Shown one piece after another: positions 27,693 to 37,737 of a stretch of 64,000 bases of DNA (within the stretch, counting starts at the first letter, position 1; each line of letters opens with the position of its first letter). The notes below the pieces were generated by a model, which ran no database searches, was not told the DNA's origin, and saw only the letters and a program-made list of their open reading frames with translations. Position numbers and translations under genes: made by a program. Source of the stretch: Gammaproteobacteria bacterium (GTDB taxonomy: Bacteria > Pseudomonadota > Gammaproteobacteria > Eutrophobiales > Eutrophobiaceae); assembly GCA_965221695.1 (NCBI GenBank), contig OZ244905.1:3360001-3424000 (forward strand). Direction: 5' to 3'.

Positions 27693-28961
27693 TCACAACA
27701 ATGTAAAATCTGCTGAAAGCTTCGTCCAGTGGTCTCTCAGGACTTCCTTGTGCGGCTCATGCATGGGCAGGTCCCGCAACATGCCCGGCCACAGGTCTCG
27801 GGCTGCTGCCAGCGAATCAAGCAAATGCGTTCTCACAGCCGGCCACGGGACGTCTATCCGCTTACTCCAGGCTTGGAAATGTTCCAGGTTTATGGCATGC
27901 CATTTTTTCTGCTTACCAAGGTTTAACGCGATACCGGTTTCGCTCGGGACGTATGGCAGCGTCGACACGATATCGTAGGCAGGCGCCAGTTTCGTGTGTA
28001 CAGTGTCGGGATAAACCAGGGTCCAGTTCTTCAAGTGGGCATCGCCGTTGGCCAGCAGCACATTCACCAGCAGCCGGCGGGCCATCTGCTGGATATCTCC
28101 CAACCCATCCTCGCTGTAACGGTATAATGCCATGCCGACCTGTTCATAATTGCTCTTCCCGTACTTCTGATGGGGAAAAAACTCGAATACCTGCGCGAAG
28201 TCTTCCGTATGGATACGCCCCTGGGAGCTGCGGTCAAAACGGCGGATGACGTAGGCATGAGGCTCGTCCGGTAATTGGATTGCCGGAAGGTTCTCCAGTG
28301 TTTCCATTGAAATCAAATCTATCTCAGGGATTTGCACGCCTGCGGATTCAGCCAGTTTCATCGCGCTGTATTCATTTTCCGGCACATTACGGTGCAGCGT
28401 GGAAGGTGTTTTGACAATCCAGTCGTCAGTCCCGACCTTTGCGCTGATGTTATAGCGCCGGTCTCGCCAGGTAGTGGAAAATTTCATTTGCATCCCGGCC
28501 AGTGAAAACTTTTGCGCAACTGCGTGGGCATCAATTTGAACTGTCTGCGTCCTGCTCCTCGCAGACAATGACCATTCCGGAATCTCACCCGCGGGCACAG
28601 GCGCTGCAATGATGGCGCCGGGCAGGTTGTTTCCAACCCATGCCAGCAAAGGGAATTCGTTCTCCGGATGAATTCTCAATGCTTCGGATAACAGTTCCCG
28701 TAGAGCGCCTTCCGGCAACAGGTTGGACAGCACGGCCGGGATTCGTTGTGAACTGACCAGCGCCTTGTCCAGGTAGTTGGAGTTTGCTCTTTGGGTCAGC
28801 GTCATCGTGGGCCGGTCCTGTTCACGCAAAGCCTTGTAGTCCGGATCAAAGGTCAGGATATTTTTCCCGCCGGTGTGATGGGTGAGTATCCCAACCTTGC
28901 GCCCGTGCAAGGTCAGTTGCAACGCTTCAACAGATTCCATTTGCCCATTAATTTGCGACAT
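27693..28961 (-). CDS. hipA: HipA-family toxin kinase with N-terminal coupled domain
   Basis: SNLLPEG, FSLAGMQMK, NEY..MKLA, RRFDR, EDFAQ, NGDAHLKN, LAPAYD. Confidence 0.93.
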   Translation of the reverse strand: MSQINGQMESVEALQLTLHGRKVGILTHHTGGKNILTFDPDYKALREQDRPTMTLTQRANSNYLDKALVSSQRIPAVLSNLLPEGALRELLSEALRIHPENEFPLLAWVGNNLPGAIIAAPVPAGEIPEWSLSARSRTQTVQIDAHAVAQKFSLAGMQMKFSTTWRDRRYNISAKVGTDDWIVKTPSTLHRNVPENEYSAMKLAESAGVQIPEIDLISMETLENLPAIQLPDEPHAYVIRRFDRSSQGRIHTEDFAQVFEFFPHQKYGKSNYEQVGMALYRYSEDGLGDIQQMARRLLVNVLLANGDAHLKNWTLVYPDTVHTKLAPAYDIVSTLPYVPSETGIALNLGKQKKWHAINLEHFQAWSKRIDVPWPAVRTHLLDSLAAARDLWPGMLRDLPMHEPHKEVLRDHWTKLSADFTLL

Positions 28962-28963
28962 CG

Positions 28964-29296
28964 CTATTCGTCCTCGAATTCAGCCAGTAATGCAGACCAG
29001 GAGGAATCGCTGGCCTGATCCTGCCATTCATCAGCGGTTATGGCATCTAAGTCAAGCCGGCCCGACCGCAGCAAATTTTCCAGTTGTCGAGCTTGTTCGC
29101 GGGGTGCGATCAGCAGTTCCAGCCCCATTCCTTCCAGGACGCGAAAAAGCGTGGAAACCCGTATGTCATGACCCGCCTCAACGCGCTGGTATTGCTGTTG
29201 TGACATGCCGATTTTCATCCGCATATCCGATTGCTTCAATCCCAATTTGCGCCGGTGCTTCCCGATCATGGATGACAGTTCAATCAATGTTTTCAT
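28964..29296 (-). CDS. hipB: Xre/HipB-like antitoxin
   Basis: HTH RRKLGLKQSD...GMSQQQYQRVEAG...STLFRVL; 2 bp upstream of hipA. Confidence 0.85.
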   Translation of the reverse strand: MKTLIELSSMIGKHRRKLGLKQSDMRMKIGMSQQQYQRVEAGHDIRVSTLFRVLEGMGLELLIAPREQARQLENLLRSGRLDLDAITADEWQDQASDSSWSALLAEFEDE

Positions 29297-29322
29297 GGTG
29301 AATCACCGGGCTGCTCCTCAAA

Positions 29323-29370
29323 TACATAATATTAGTTGTTTTATCGGAGATATACAACAAAAATATTGTA
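29323..29370. promoter_or_regulatory. Candidate HipB autoregulatory operators
   Basis: TACAT-N8-TTGTT (29323-29340) and TACAA-N8-TTGTA (29353-29370) directly upstream of hipB. Confidence 0.45.
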
Positions 29371-29447
29371 ATATCATTGCTCAAAATGTCACAACCCAGC
29401 AGGAAAAAAAGCAAAGCTGAAATCATCCTGATCAGCGCTGACCAGGC

Positions 29448-29774
29448 CGGGTCAGGACAGACGAATCCGGTAAGTCCGTCATCTCCGAGTTTGCAACGGT
29501 ACAGGTCTTCCGGGATGCCATCCGCGTCACGGTCAGGACCGCCACCGGCCGGACCGACCAGATCAGGGTGCATGCCGGCTTCATCGGTCATCCCCTGGCC
29601 AGTGACGGAAAATACGGAGACTGGGACTTCAACAAGAAACTGCGCGCGCTATGCCTGAAACGCATGTTCCTGCACGCCGGTAAACTGTCCGTGCCGGCAT
29701 TGAGAAAGACCGGAGAATACCGATTCAGCGTGCCGTTGCCGGATGACCTGGCAGAAGTATTAGCGCTATTGTGA
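29448..29774 (+). pseudogene. rluC: 3-prime remnant of an RluC/RluA-family pseudouridine synthase
   Basis: Manual translation RVRTDESGKS.ISEF...TGRTDQIRVHAGFIGHPLASDGKYGD..FNKKLR...LKRMFLHA...PLPDDL; GRTHQIR degenerated to GRTDQIR; no N-terminal half or HRLD motif. Confidence 0.8.
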
Positions 29775-30716
29775 TGCCTTGACGTACTCTGCTACCTGTC
29801 TATGGGTCGCAAACCACACACCTTCGTGCTGTTTCATGTATTTAATCAACTTGTCGTATATGCCAATCCTGGATGCCCGGCCCGAAATATGGGGATGGAG
29901 AATAAACAGCATCATGGTCCCTTCGTCATATAAGGTGTCAAACCCGTCCTTGAAGGATTGAAGCAGATCACCGGGAGTGACAAGTCCGGCAGTAAACGTA
30001 TTCATCGGGTCCAACACAGAATCCTCGAAATTAACATTGCCCGGCAACTCAATTAATTGTATCGGTTCGCCATTAACGGTGAGCGCATGAGGGCTGTCAT
30101 CGGCTGCCAGTCCACTGTCATAGAGAAAACCCAGTTCTTCCAGGATGGAGTGGGTATTTTCACTGTAAACACCAAAAGGCGCACGATAGCCGACCGGTCT
30201 TTGGCCGGTCTGGCTTTCCAGGTAATCCCTGGATTTCTGAATGATATTTTTTTCCTGTTCCCTAGTCATACCGATAACACTTGCATGGATCCAGCCATGT
30301 ACCGCGAACTCATGCCGGCCGGATTGCTTGATCAAGCCGGTCATATCGGGCGCAAGCTGCAGGCTCACGGCAGGGATAAAAAAGGTGGCCGGGACCTCAT
30401 GCCGGTCCAGCAAGGCAAGGATACGTTGCAGGCCTTTCCTGGCGCCGTACTGTTCCATGGACAGGAGCAGGGGATCCGGTGTGCCACCTTGCGATAACGT
30501 ATTCGTTTCATTATCGGCATCAAAGGAAAACAGGACCGCGATCCGGTTGTTGTCAGGCCATTGCGCTGGTTGTAAATCCTGCCCGGCCCTGATTTTGTTA
30601 ACCGTCGCATCAATTTTTTCAGTCGACCATTGCCACGCCGGTTGACTTTCATGCTCTTCTGCCTGAACAGGGAAGGGCAAGATGGTAATGCATAGTAATA
30701 AATATAATATTTTCAT
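29766..30716 (-). CDS. Polysaccharide deacetylase (CE4, PuuE/PgdA-like) with signal peptide
   Basis: FSFDAD, YGARKG..RIL, ATFFIP, HEFAVHGWIH, GYRAP, LYDS, LHPHISGR. Confidence 0.85.
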   Translation of the reverse strand: MKILYLLLCITILPFPVQAEEHESQPAWQWSTEKIDATVNKIRAGQDLQPAQWPDNNRIAVLFSFDADNETNTLSQGGTPDPLLLSMEQYGARKGLQRILALLDRHEVPATFFIPAVSLQLAPDMTGLIKQSGRHEFAVHGWIHASVIGMTREQEKNIIQKSRDYLESQTGQRPVGYRAPFGVYSENTHSILEELGFLYDSGLAADDSPHALTVNGEPIQLIELPGNVNFEDSVLDPMNTFTAGLVTPGDLLQSFKDGFDTLYDEGTMMLFILHPHISGRASRIGIYDKLIKYMKQHEGVWFATHRQVAEYVKASQ

Positions 30717-30751
30717 CGTTGAGATTACCCTGGTTGTAAAAACTGATTATT

Positions 30752-32134
30752 TCACAGCACCGTCGTTAGTTCCGATAAAGCCGCAACGCTGTCATAAGTA
30801 TCTAGAGCCAGAACGAACTCTTTTAATCCCTCGGCTTTTTCGGAACCCAGTACCGGTATCGCCATAGCAAGATATTTTTTTATGATCTCTTCTTCGGACA
30901 CTGGAAGCATCGGGGTGCCTCTGGGCGCCGGTGCGGTTTCCTCAAATTTGGCGCCATGGGTAGTCGTAATGACAACCCGCGCTGAAATACGTCGATCCTC
31001 ATTATGAAAAATAGTATCACACGCGCTATCCGGATAGATTTTCACCCGGGACCCGATAGATAATACTGTTTCATCATGGAATAAGTCCTCGTTGAACCAC
31101 CCCGGACCCGGTTGAAGCCCTAACATCACCATCGCTACGCAATAAGGAAGGCTGAACTGGGCATCCACCAGTTCCTGCGGTTCGATTATGTTGAACATCT
31201 CGCTGAGGTCCGTCATGGACCAGACATCGATTTGCGCAACATCCTGATGAGTCAGGCCGTGCCGGTTGACAATATTTTTAATAATATCTAGCGTGGGGTG
31301 GATAAACCAGCAACAGGACCACGTCTTGATACTCGCATCCATAATATAATATTCAGTGCCGAGGCCATGCGTCAGCAAATCAAAATCACACCGATCGGAT
31401 CCCGCCATTCTCCAGAACCCTTGCGAGCCGTCCAGGATGTCCCTGCAGCCAACAAACCCCGCTTCAGCCAGCTCAGTTGAAACCGCCCCAACCTGTGCCG
31501 GCATTGCTACTGCATCCTTGAGCCAGGTCAACGGCCGGTTGTCCCAGCCCCATTTCTGACCGGACGGAACCGGAGCGCTGGCACCGGCGATGCCCAGCGC
31601 GTTCAGGGTTTGTAATTTATTCAACTCTCTGAACTTCGCTGCCGACGTCACTGCGCCGAATGTTTGATTTGTTCCCAGGCCCCATACTTCAGCAAAACGC
31701 GCTGTCGATGGCCATCCGGCTTTCGCTACCCGGCCGCCGACTTCATATCCTGTAATATAACTAAGGAGAAAATGATGCCCGCTTACATCTGTATACTTGC
31801 TCATTGCAAGCAGGGTTCCAATCAGGGTCGAAGACAAATGGCCTGCAGCGCTGCTGTCGTCATAATCCAGTGCGTTGATCAGCGTTGCATTCAGGTATGC
31901 CGATGTGCCGACGCTAACTTTTTCACTACAGCCCAACACCCCTGCATTGCCGGACGAGATTTTTGCAAGCGCCCTTACAGCTGTTTGCCCGAGGACCGAT
32001 TGAACACCACCGAAACCACAGCCAATCGAATCAAGCAACCAGAACTTCGCTTTTCTGACAACCTCATCAGGCAAATCCGAAAACGATGTCTTAGTTATGT
32101 AATCAGCAATTATTTTCGTCGCAGAATCTGACAT
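30752..32134 (-). CDS. MmgE/PrpD family protein
   Basis: LLDSIGC, NALDYDD, GH, ITGYEV, ALGIAG, K...CC..IH, AQFSLPY, PRG.P..P; start taken at MSDSATK (RBS AGGAG). Confidence 0.88.
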   Translation of the reverse strand: MSDSATKIIADYITKTSFSDLPDEVVRKAKFWLLDSIGCGFGGVQSVLGQTAVRALAKISSGNAGVLGCSEKVSVGTSAYLNATLINALDYDDSSAAGHLSSTLIGTLLAMSKYTDVSGHHFLLSYITGYEVGGRVAKAGWPSTARFAEVWGLGTNQTFGAVTSAAKFRELNKLQTLNALGIAGASAPVPSGQKWGWDNRPLTWLKDAVAMPAQVGAVSTELAEAGFVGCRDILDGSQGFWRMAGSDRCDFDLLTHGLGTEYYIMDASIKTWSCCWFIHPTLDIIKNIVNRHGLTHQDVAQIDVWSMTDLSEMFNIIEPQELVDAQFSLPYCVAMVMLGLQPGPGWFNEDLFHDETVLSIGSRVKIYPDSACDTIFHNEDRRISARVVITTTHGAKFEETAPAPRGTPMLPVSEEEIIKKYLAMAIPVLGSEKAEGLKEFVLALDTYDSVAALSELTTVL

Positions 32135-32141
32135 TCTCCTG

Positions 32142-33254
32142 CTACTCGGTTGATACGGGTGGTTTGCCCAGAAATATTTTATAGGTGGCGATAAACAGCA
32201 CCGGTAATACAAATACAAACAGGAAACCCCAGGCTATTGTGCCATAACCCTTGGCAATTAAAGTTATTATGCCTATTTGACCGAATAGCGAGCTTATCAA
32301 CAACCCGCTGATTGCCACACCGGAATGTACACCGGGTGGCAAAACTCTTCCAAGCCTCTCCATCGACCAGCTGTCCAGCCGCTCATTAAGCGCCTGGATA
32401 AAACCGGAACCCGTGCCTAAAAAGGTTCCCAGCATTGCCAGCAGATAAATCGATAACAGCAGTCCATTATCCAATCTGTTAATCATCCAGTGAACGGGTA
32501 CTTTTTGCGTTGTAATTTCCGGCAACGCACCCAGAAACGAGATATGAAACAATAGGCCGGGCAACATAAGAAATATCCCGCAAAGCGCGCCGCTTAGCAG
32601 CGCCTCTGTCCTGGTCCTGATCCCGCGGGTCGCGAACAGGGTAAAGACAGCCGCCCCGGAGGAGTACAAGGTAAACTTGGATGCTGATAACAACCAGTCG
32701 GTCTGCGCTGGTGGGGATGATTTTCTCAGTTCGGATGCGATTTGTCCCAAGCTATCAAGAAAAACGACAACGAAATAAAACAAAAACGCGCTGTAAAGGA
32801 ACAAGGTGAGAAACACCATAACTTTCTCTACTAACTCGCGGCCGTAAAATATCAACACTGCGACAATACCCAGCATGATAAGCAGTCCGATTTTATCCGG
32901 TATGACGGTATGTTCGGCAATCATCGCTCCCGCGGCAGAACCTACGACACCCAACACCAGCAGTAATAGACACAAGTATAATATTTCAAAGACTACCCAG
33001 AACGGACCGATCAATGCCTTAAAAAAAGTCCGATAGTCATAAGCGCTTACCTGGCGGGCAAATTCAAAGGTCAAGGCAGTGAGAATCGCGATACCAATCG
33101 CCGATAGTGCCAGACCATATATTCCGCCGTAGACCCCGTGCCGCGTATAAAATTCCACCACTTCCCTGCCCGTGCCGTAACCTCCGGCTATGGAAAGGGA
33201 AAGGTAAACTCCTACCGGGATGACATAGGCTTGGACCAACCGTGAATGAAACAT
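32142..33254 (-). CDS. YkvI-like multi-pass membrane transporter
   Basis: IAGGYGTGREVVEF, YDYRTFFK.L.G, GII.LIAKGYG; about ten hydrophobic segments. Confidence 0.75.
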   Translation of the reverse strand: MFHSRLVQAYVIPVGVYLSLSIAGGYGTGREVVEFYTRHGVYGGIYGLALSAIGIAILTALTFEFARQVSAYDYRTFFKALIGPFWVVFEILYLCLLLLVLGVVGSAAGAMIAEHTVIPDKIGLLIMLGIVAVLIFYGRELVEKVMVFLTLFLYSAFLFYFVVVFLDSLGQIASELRKSSPPAQTDWLLSASKFTLYSSGAAVFTLFATRGIRTRTEALLSGALCGIFLMLPGLLFHISFLGALPEITTQKVPVHWMINRLDNGLLLSIYLLAMLGTFLGTGSGFIQALNERLDSWSMERLGRVLPPGVHSGVAISGLLISSLFGQIGIITLIAKGYGTIAWGFLFVFVLPVLFIATYKIFLGKPPVSTE

Positions 33255-33344
33255 AAGTTGATTTCAGCTTGAATTTAAATCTTTGTTTCTCGTAACAGGC
33301 TAACTGGTCTGTGTTGCAGCAACTCGAAAAGAAGCCGATTACTG

Positions 33345-33950
33345 CTAATCCAATAATTGGAATTCTGCTTCCTTTACAATGTTATCCGGATGACAACCCA
33401 TGATGTCCTGCGGACAGGCAGAAAACGCCATGTAACAATCGAACAAGGCTTCCATCACAACATAGTCACCTGGTTTTGAGACGGATTCCTGAACAGCGAT
33501 ATTAAACTTCCTGTCATCCAAAACAAAGTTCATGAACAGATTAAAGGAGCCACCGATTTTAATTGGACAATTCACACCTATGAGGGCTAATCCTTCAATC
33601 ATATTATCCTGGCAATTGCGATGGTAGCCCTTACAGCCAAGGTTTTCGTAACGCTCACGATCACAGGCCGGCATCAAAGTATCGTGTATTCCAGGTGATA
33701 TATCTTCCACAAACTTGACTATCGGTCTCCTTTTGTTGGTTAACAGGATGTCTCCCTGAATGGGCCAGAGGTGCGCACTGAGTGCACGGCTACAAGCTAC
33801 ATCCATGAATTCATATAGGTCATAGGCATTGAGTGCCCAGTAGTCGATGGCCTGGGTACCGTGTGTATTGATCACTTTTACTTTTTGTCCCATCTCCACA
33901 CGCACGGCACGGCCATGACCGGCCGGAATAATTGTAGTTATTTCATCCAT
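33345..33950 (-). CDS. DUF1989 (urea carboxylase-associated family) protein
   Basis: INTHGTQAID.WA, HDTLMPACD, HRNCQDN, NLFMN, SKPGDYV, FSACPQD (three conserved Cys). Confidence 0.88.
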   Translation of the reverse strand: MDEITTIIPAGHGRAVRVEMGQKVKVINTHGTQAIDYWALNAYDLYEFMDVACSRALSAHLWPIQGDILLTNKRRPIVKFVEDISPGIHDTLMPACDRERYENLGCKGYHRNCQDNMIEGLALIGVNCPIKIGGSFNLFMNFVLDDRKFNIAVQESVSKPGDYVVMEALFDCYMAFSACPQDIMGCHPDNIVKEAEFQLLD

Positions 33951-33965
33951 TTGTAAAAAACTAAT

Positions 33966-36185
33966 CTAATATCTCGCAGAAAAACTCACACCTGCTGTTC
34001 GCTGTTTATTGGCCATAAGCTGATTCGCCGCAGCGATGCTGAAACCTTCTACAATGTAAAGTTTGTCTGTGAAATTATGTACATAACCGGCAATTTCAAA
34101 GCGATCAGAGGGGCCGCCACGCCAGGCTACTCGAGCATTCCAGATAGTATAGTCCCCGCCGATAGCGGTGATATTATTGTCAGAATCATAAAAATAGTCG
34201 TCGGAATAATTAAATGACACTTGTGCGGAAGCCTGACCGCCAAACACAGGATGAAAAACACGCATCAGGCCGTTTGCAGTCCACTCCGGAGAGAAAACCA
34301 GTTGTGTTCCGGACAGATCGACCATTATTGTACCGCCCATGCCATCCGCCTCAGTGCTGAAAAAGTCAGACGTCTCCGTATCCAGGTATCCCACACCAAA
34401 TTGTGCTTCAAAAAAGTTCAGCGGCTGCATAAATAATTCCATTTCAAAACCTGCTATTTCAGCGTTACCTGCATTTTGCAAGCGGCTGACAGGCAGGCCG
34501 TCAATATCGGCCTGGGTAAAGGCCTGAAAATCCTCATAGTCATAATAAAATCCGGTAGCGTTTACGCGTAATCGCCCGCCCAGCAAGGTGGTTTTAAACC
34601 CAGCCTCAAATGTGGTCACTTTCTCGTCATCATAAGGGGCAAGTTGGGAGACCTCTGCGACCAGACCGCCGCTGTTCCATCCACCACTCTTGAAGCCGCG
34701 AGCAATATTTGCGAATAACAGAGTATTCTCATTTAACCGCCAATCCAGACCTGCATTCCAGGAGACGTTATCGGTCTCGAAGCTATCTTCGAATACAAAT
34801 GAGGGAGCCGGGAAAAACAATAATCCGGTATTAACGGTATCGTGAAGAGTTTTGTCTTCGGTGGTATATCGAATCCCCAGCTCTATAGTCCAATCCGGGA
34901 CAAAGCTCCAGTCAGCATGAGCAAAAACCGCCAGTGCTTCCGTGTCCTGGTCATGAAATATATCGTAGTTTAACGGAAAAGCACCAGGGTTAAACGGGGG
35001 TTCGAGTGAGTTACCTCCCAGCTTTTCATCAGTGAAATAATAGAAGCCGAGCAACGCTTTCAAATCATCTGTGGTATAAGATAAGCGAATTTCCTGGGTA
35101 ACCTGGGTTGCGTCTACCCTGAATATAGGATGTAAAATAAGTGGTAAAAAAGAACCGGTTGTATCCTGGTGGTATTTGTCGACGGTTTCGGCCGCTGTAA
35201 TTGACACCACGCCCCATTCATCCCGCTGCCATTCAAATTTTGCAGACCCACCGATGATATCAATATCCAGTGGTGTTTTCCCGCGCCCCTGAGTAAAGGG
35301 TTCATCCAGGTTTGGGTTAGCGTCCTGCTGGCCAAAAGCATTCACGCAAGTAAATGACTCCAACTGTTCCAGGTTGCAGAGTGCTAAAGTCACAGGGTCC
35401 AGTTGTCCGCGAAACTTGTAAAGTTGCGCATCATTTCGAATAAATCCCGCATGAAAATTCAGTAATACGCTGAGTTCATTAGTCATATCAAGTTCCAGCT
35501 GAGCGCGTACTGCATCCATGTTCCTTGCGTTGCCTTTTACACCACTTCCGGGGTCACGTTCCTGCAATCCGTCATTCTCATCATGAATAACGGAGAGGCG
35601 TCCTCTGACACGGTCACCCAATGGCCCACTGACAGCGCCTTCAAACTTTATGCGCTCATGAGTACCTACTGTAACCTCGCCAAAGGCTTCGAGATCTTCA
35701 GTTGGTTTATTGGTCACAAAGTGGGCAAGACCTCCCGTGGTATTGCGCCCATACAACGTACCCTGGGGACCACGCAAGACTTCCACACGCTGCAGGTCAA
35801 AAAGAGAGACTGTCTGGCCCGCAAGCGAACCCAGATATACTTCATCAATATATACGGCTACCGGACCTTCATTGGAATCGGCAAAATCATTCAAACCTAC
35901 TCCACGAATAGACAAGGCGGGGTTGCTGCCATCGCCGGAGGGATGAGCAAAATTAAAATTTGGTACCTGACTGGTAATATCGCCAACAGTATCAAGGCCC
36001 AATTCACGGATCTGAAGGCCGCTGATCGCGGTCACCGACCCGCCGACATCTTGAACGTCCTGTTCGCGCTTGGTTGCAGTAACTACGATTTCTTCCAATA
36101 TACCCTGGGCATTAGCAGGCAGGAACGAGCTCAAAAGAAACAGCCCCAGAATAACTCTCAGAATAATTATAACTGGATAGTTCAT
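33966..36185 (-). CDS. TonB-dependent receptor
   Basis: Signal peptide, LEEIVVTATKR, EVLRGPQGTLYGRNTTGG, C-terminal aromatic residue. Confidence 0.95.
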   Translation of the reverse strand: MNYPVIIILRVILGLFLLSSFLPANAQGILEEIVVTATKREQDVQDVGGSVTAISGLQIRELGLDTVGDITSQVPNFNFAHPSGDGSNPALSIRGVGLNDFADSNEGPVAVYIDEVYLGSLAGQTVSLFDLQRVEVLRGPQGTLYGRNTTGGLAHFVTNKPTEDLEAFGEVTVGTHERIKFEGAVSGPLGDRVRGRLSVIHDENDGLQERDPGSGVKGNARNMDAVRAQLELDMTNELSVLLNFHAGFIRNDAQLYKFRGQLDPVTLALCNLEQLESFTCVNAFGQQDANPNLDEPFTQGRGKTPLDIDIIGGSAKFEWQRDEWGVVSITAAETVDKYHQDTTGSFLPLILHPIFRVDATQVTQEIRLSYTTDDLKALLGFYYFTDEKLGGNSLEPPFNPGAFPLNYDIFHDQDTEALAVFAHADWSFVPDWTIELGIRYTTEDKTLHDTVNTGLLFFPAPSFVFEDSFETDNVSWNAGLDWRLNENTLLFANIARGFKSGGWNSGGLVAEVSQLAPYDDEKVTTFEAGFKTTLLGGRLRVNATGFYYDYEDFQAFTQADIDGLPVSRLQNAGNAEIAGFEMELFMQPLNFFEAQFGVGYLDTETSDFFSTEADGMGGTIMVDLSGTQLVFSPEWTANGLMRVFHPVFGGQASAQVSFNYSDDYFYDSDNNITAIGGDYTIWNARVAWRGGPSDRFEIAGYVHNFTDKLYIVEGFSIAAANQLMANKQRTAGVSFSARY

Positions 36186-36276
36186 GGTTACCCCCAAAAT
36201 AAATCAATAAAATAGTAGCTAATTACCGCGTTATGTCCTTATTAATCCGTTTCGCACAGACCATATCTGAACTTTG

Positions 36277-36304
36277 TATATTACCCTACATAGGGTAGTA
36301 TAGA
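36277..36304. promoter_or_regulatory. Palindromic operator in the divergent TBDR/MFS promoter region
   Basis: TATATTACCCTA-CA-TAGGGTAGTATA; contains CTAC-N5-GTAGTATAGA, also seen at 41692-41710. Confidence 0.55.
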
Positions 36305-36334
36305 CAGAATTTAACACGGAGTAAATTCTTATTG

Positions 36335-37711
36335 ATGAATGCGCCAAATCATAATGAGAAGAAAGTATCGCCTCCCTATGTAGGCTTCGGGATTGCTGGG
36401 CTGGGAACAGGCCTGGTCGTCCAGGTACCTATTCTTTTCCTGCTCGTGTATATGACGGATATACTGGCCATTCCGGCTGCGCTGGCAGGTCTAGCCTTGT
36501 TCGGGACGCGCGTATTTGACATCATCACGGACCCTATTATGGGTGTCATCAGTGATCGTACACATACCCGCTGGGGCCGTCGGCGTCCTTACCTGCTATT
36601 GGGGGGAGTAACGGTAGCAGTTTCCCTTTTCTTTCTGTTCTCTGCGCCCCTATATGAATCCATGTATGCGCGCCTCACCTATGTCATGGGCCTGTTTATC
36701 ATTGTTCAAACCGGTGTCACGATATTCATGGTGCCCTACTACGCCATGCCCGCAGAGATGACGGATGATAATTATCAGCGCACCAAACTTATGTCCACAC
36801 GCGCCTTTTTTTCCCTTGCAGGCGGACTGATTGGTGGTGTGCTTGCTCCATGGATTGTGATTAACGCAGGTGGCGGAGAGAGAGGCTATGAATTAATGTC
36901 ATCTGTTGTCGCCGTAATCTGCGGGTGCGCTTTTATCGCGGCTTTTTTTGGCACGGCCAGGGCGCAATTTGGCGGCCGAGATGTTCACACCATCCCCGTC
37001 AAACAGCAAATCGAAGTAGCACTGAACAATCGTCCTTTCAATATATTTATGGTAAGTTTTGTCATCTATGTAACAGGAATGGGGTGCTTCTCAGGAACTG
37101 TACCGTATTTTGCACGGTATATGCTGGAACTTCCCGAGGCTCTTTCCGTTATCTGGGTTTGTATTCTCGTACCTGCAATTCTCTCCATTCCGCTATGGAC
37201 AATGATCACCAGAACGATTGAGAAAAAAAACTGCTTCATCACAGCTCTTGGAATGATGGCAACAGGTTCTTTGTGTCTGTTCCTGGTAGATACTCAATTT
37301 CCCCTCCCCCAGGTCTGGTCTTTCTGTGTGATCTTCGGTCTGGGATTTGGTGGTACACAAGTCATCGCCTGGTCAATATTACCGGATGTTATCCAGTGGG
37401 ATCGATGGGCCTCCGGTATGGAACGGGGAGGAATTTTTTCGGGGGGTATGATAGCCTTTGAAAAGACAGGCTTTGCCCTGGGCAGCCTGACCGCCGGCGC
37501 TATCCTGAGCATCTTCTGTTATCTGGAATCCACTGGTGAAGAAATAGTGGAGCAGACATCAGGCGCCCTGATGGGTATCAGAATTGCGGCCAACGTTGTC
37601 CCGGCCGTACTCTTCTCCATAGCTGCCTTAATCATGCTGGCCTATCCGTTGACAGATCACATGAAGACATCAAAGGCAGATGCCAGAGCAGACAGTAACC
37701 TTACAGCCTAA
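36335..37711 (+). CDS. MFS transporter, glycoside-pentoside-hexuronide (MelB-like) family
   Basis: YMTDIL, RVFDIITDP.MG.ISDRT.TRWGRRRP, PY.AMPAEMT, PDV. Confidence 0.88.
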   Translation: MNAPNHNEKKVSPPYVGFGIAGLGTGLVVQVPILFLLVYMTDILAIPAALAGLALFGTRVFDIITDPIMGVISDRTHTRWGRRRPYLLLGGVTVAVSLFFLFSAPLYESMYARLTYVMGLFIIVQTGVTIFMVPYYAMPAEMTDDNYQRTKLMSTRAFFSLAGGLIGGVLAPWIVINAGGGERGYELMSSVVAVICGCAFIAAFFGTARAQFGGRDVHTIPVKQQIEVALNNRPFNIFMVSFVIYVTGMGCFSGTVPYFARYMLELPEALSVIWVCILVPAILSIPLWTMITRTIEKKNCFITALGMMATGSLCLFLVDTQFPLPQVWSFCVIFGLGFGGTQVIAWSILPDVIQWDRWASGMERGGIFSGGMIAFEKTGFALGSLTAGAILSIFCYLESTGEEIVEQTSGALMGIRIAANVVPAVLFSIAALIMLAYPLTDHMKTSKADARADSNLTA

Positions 37712-37737
37712 TAGAAAGCGATGGAGAACAACCGAAC

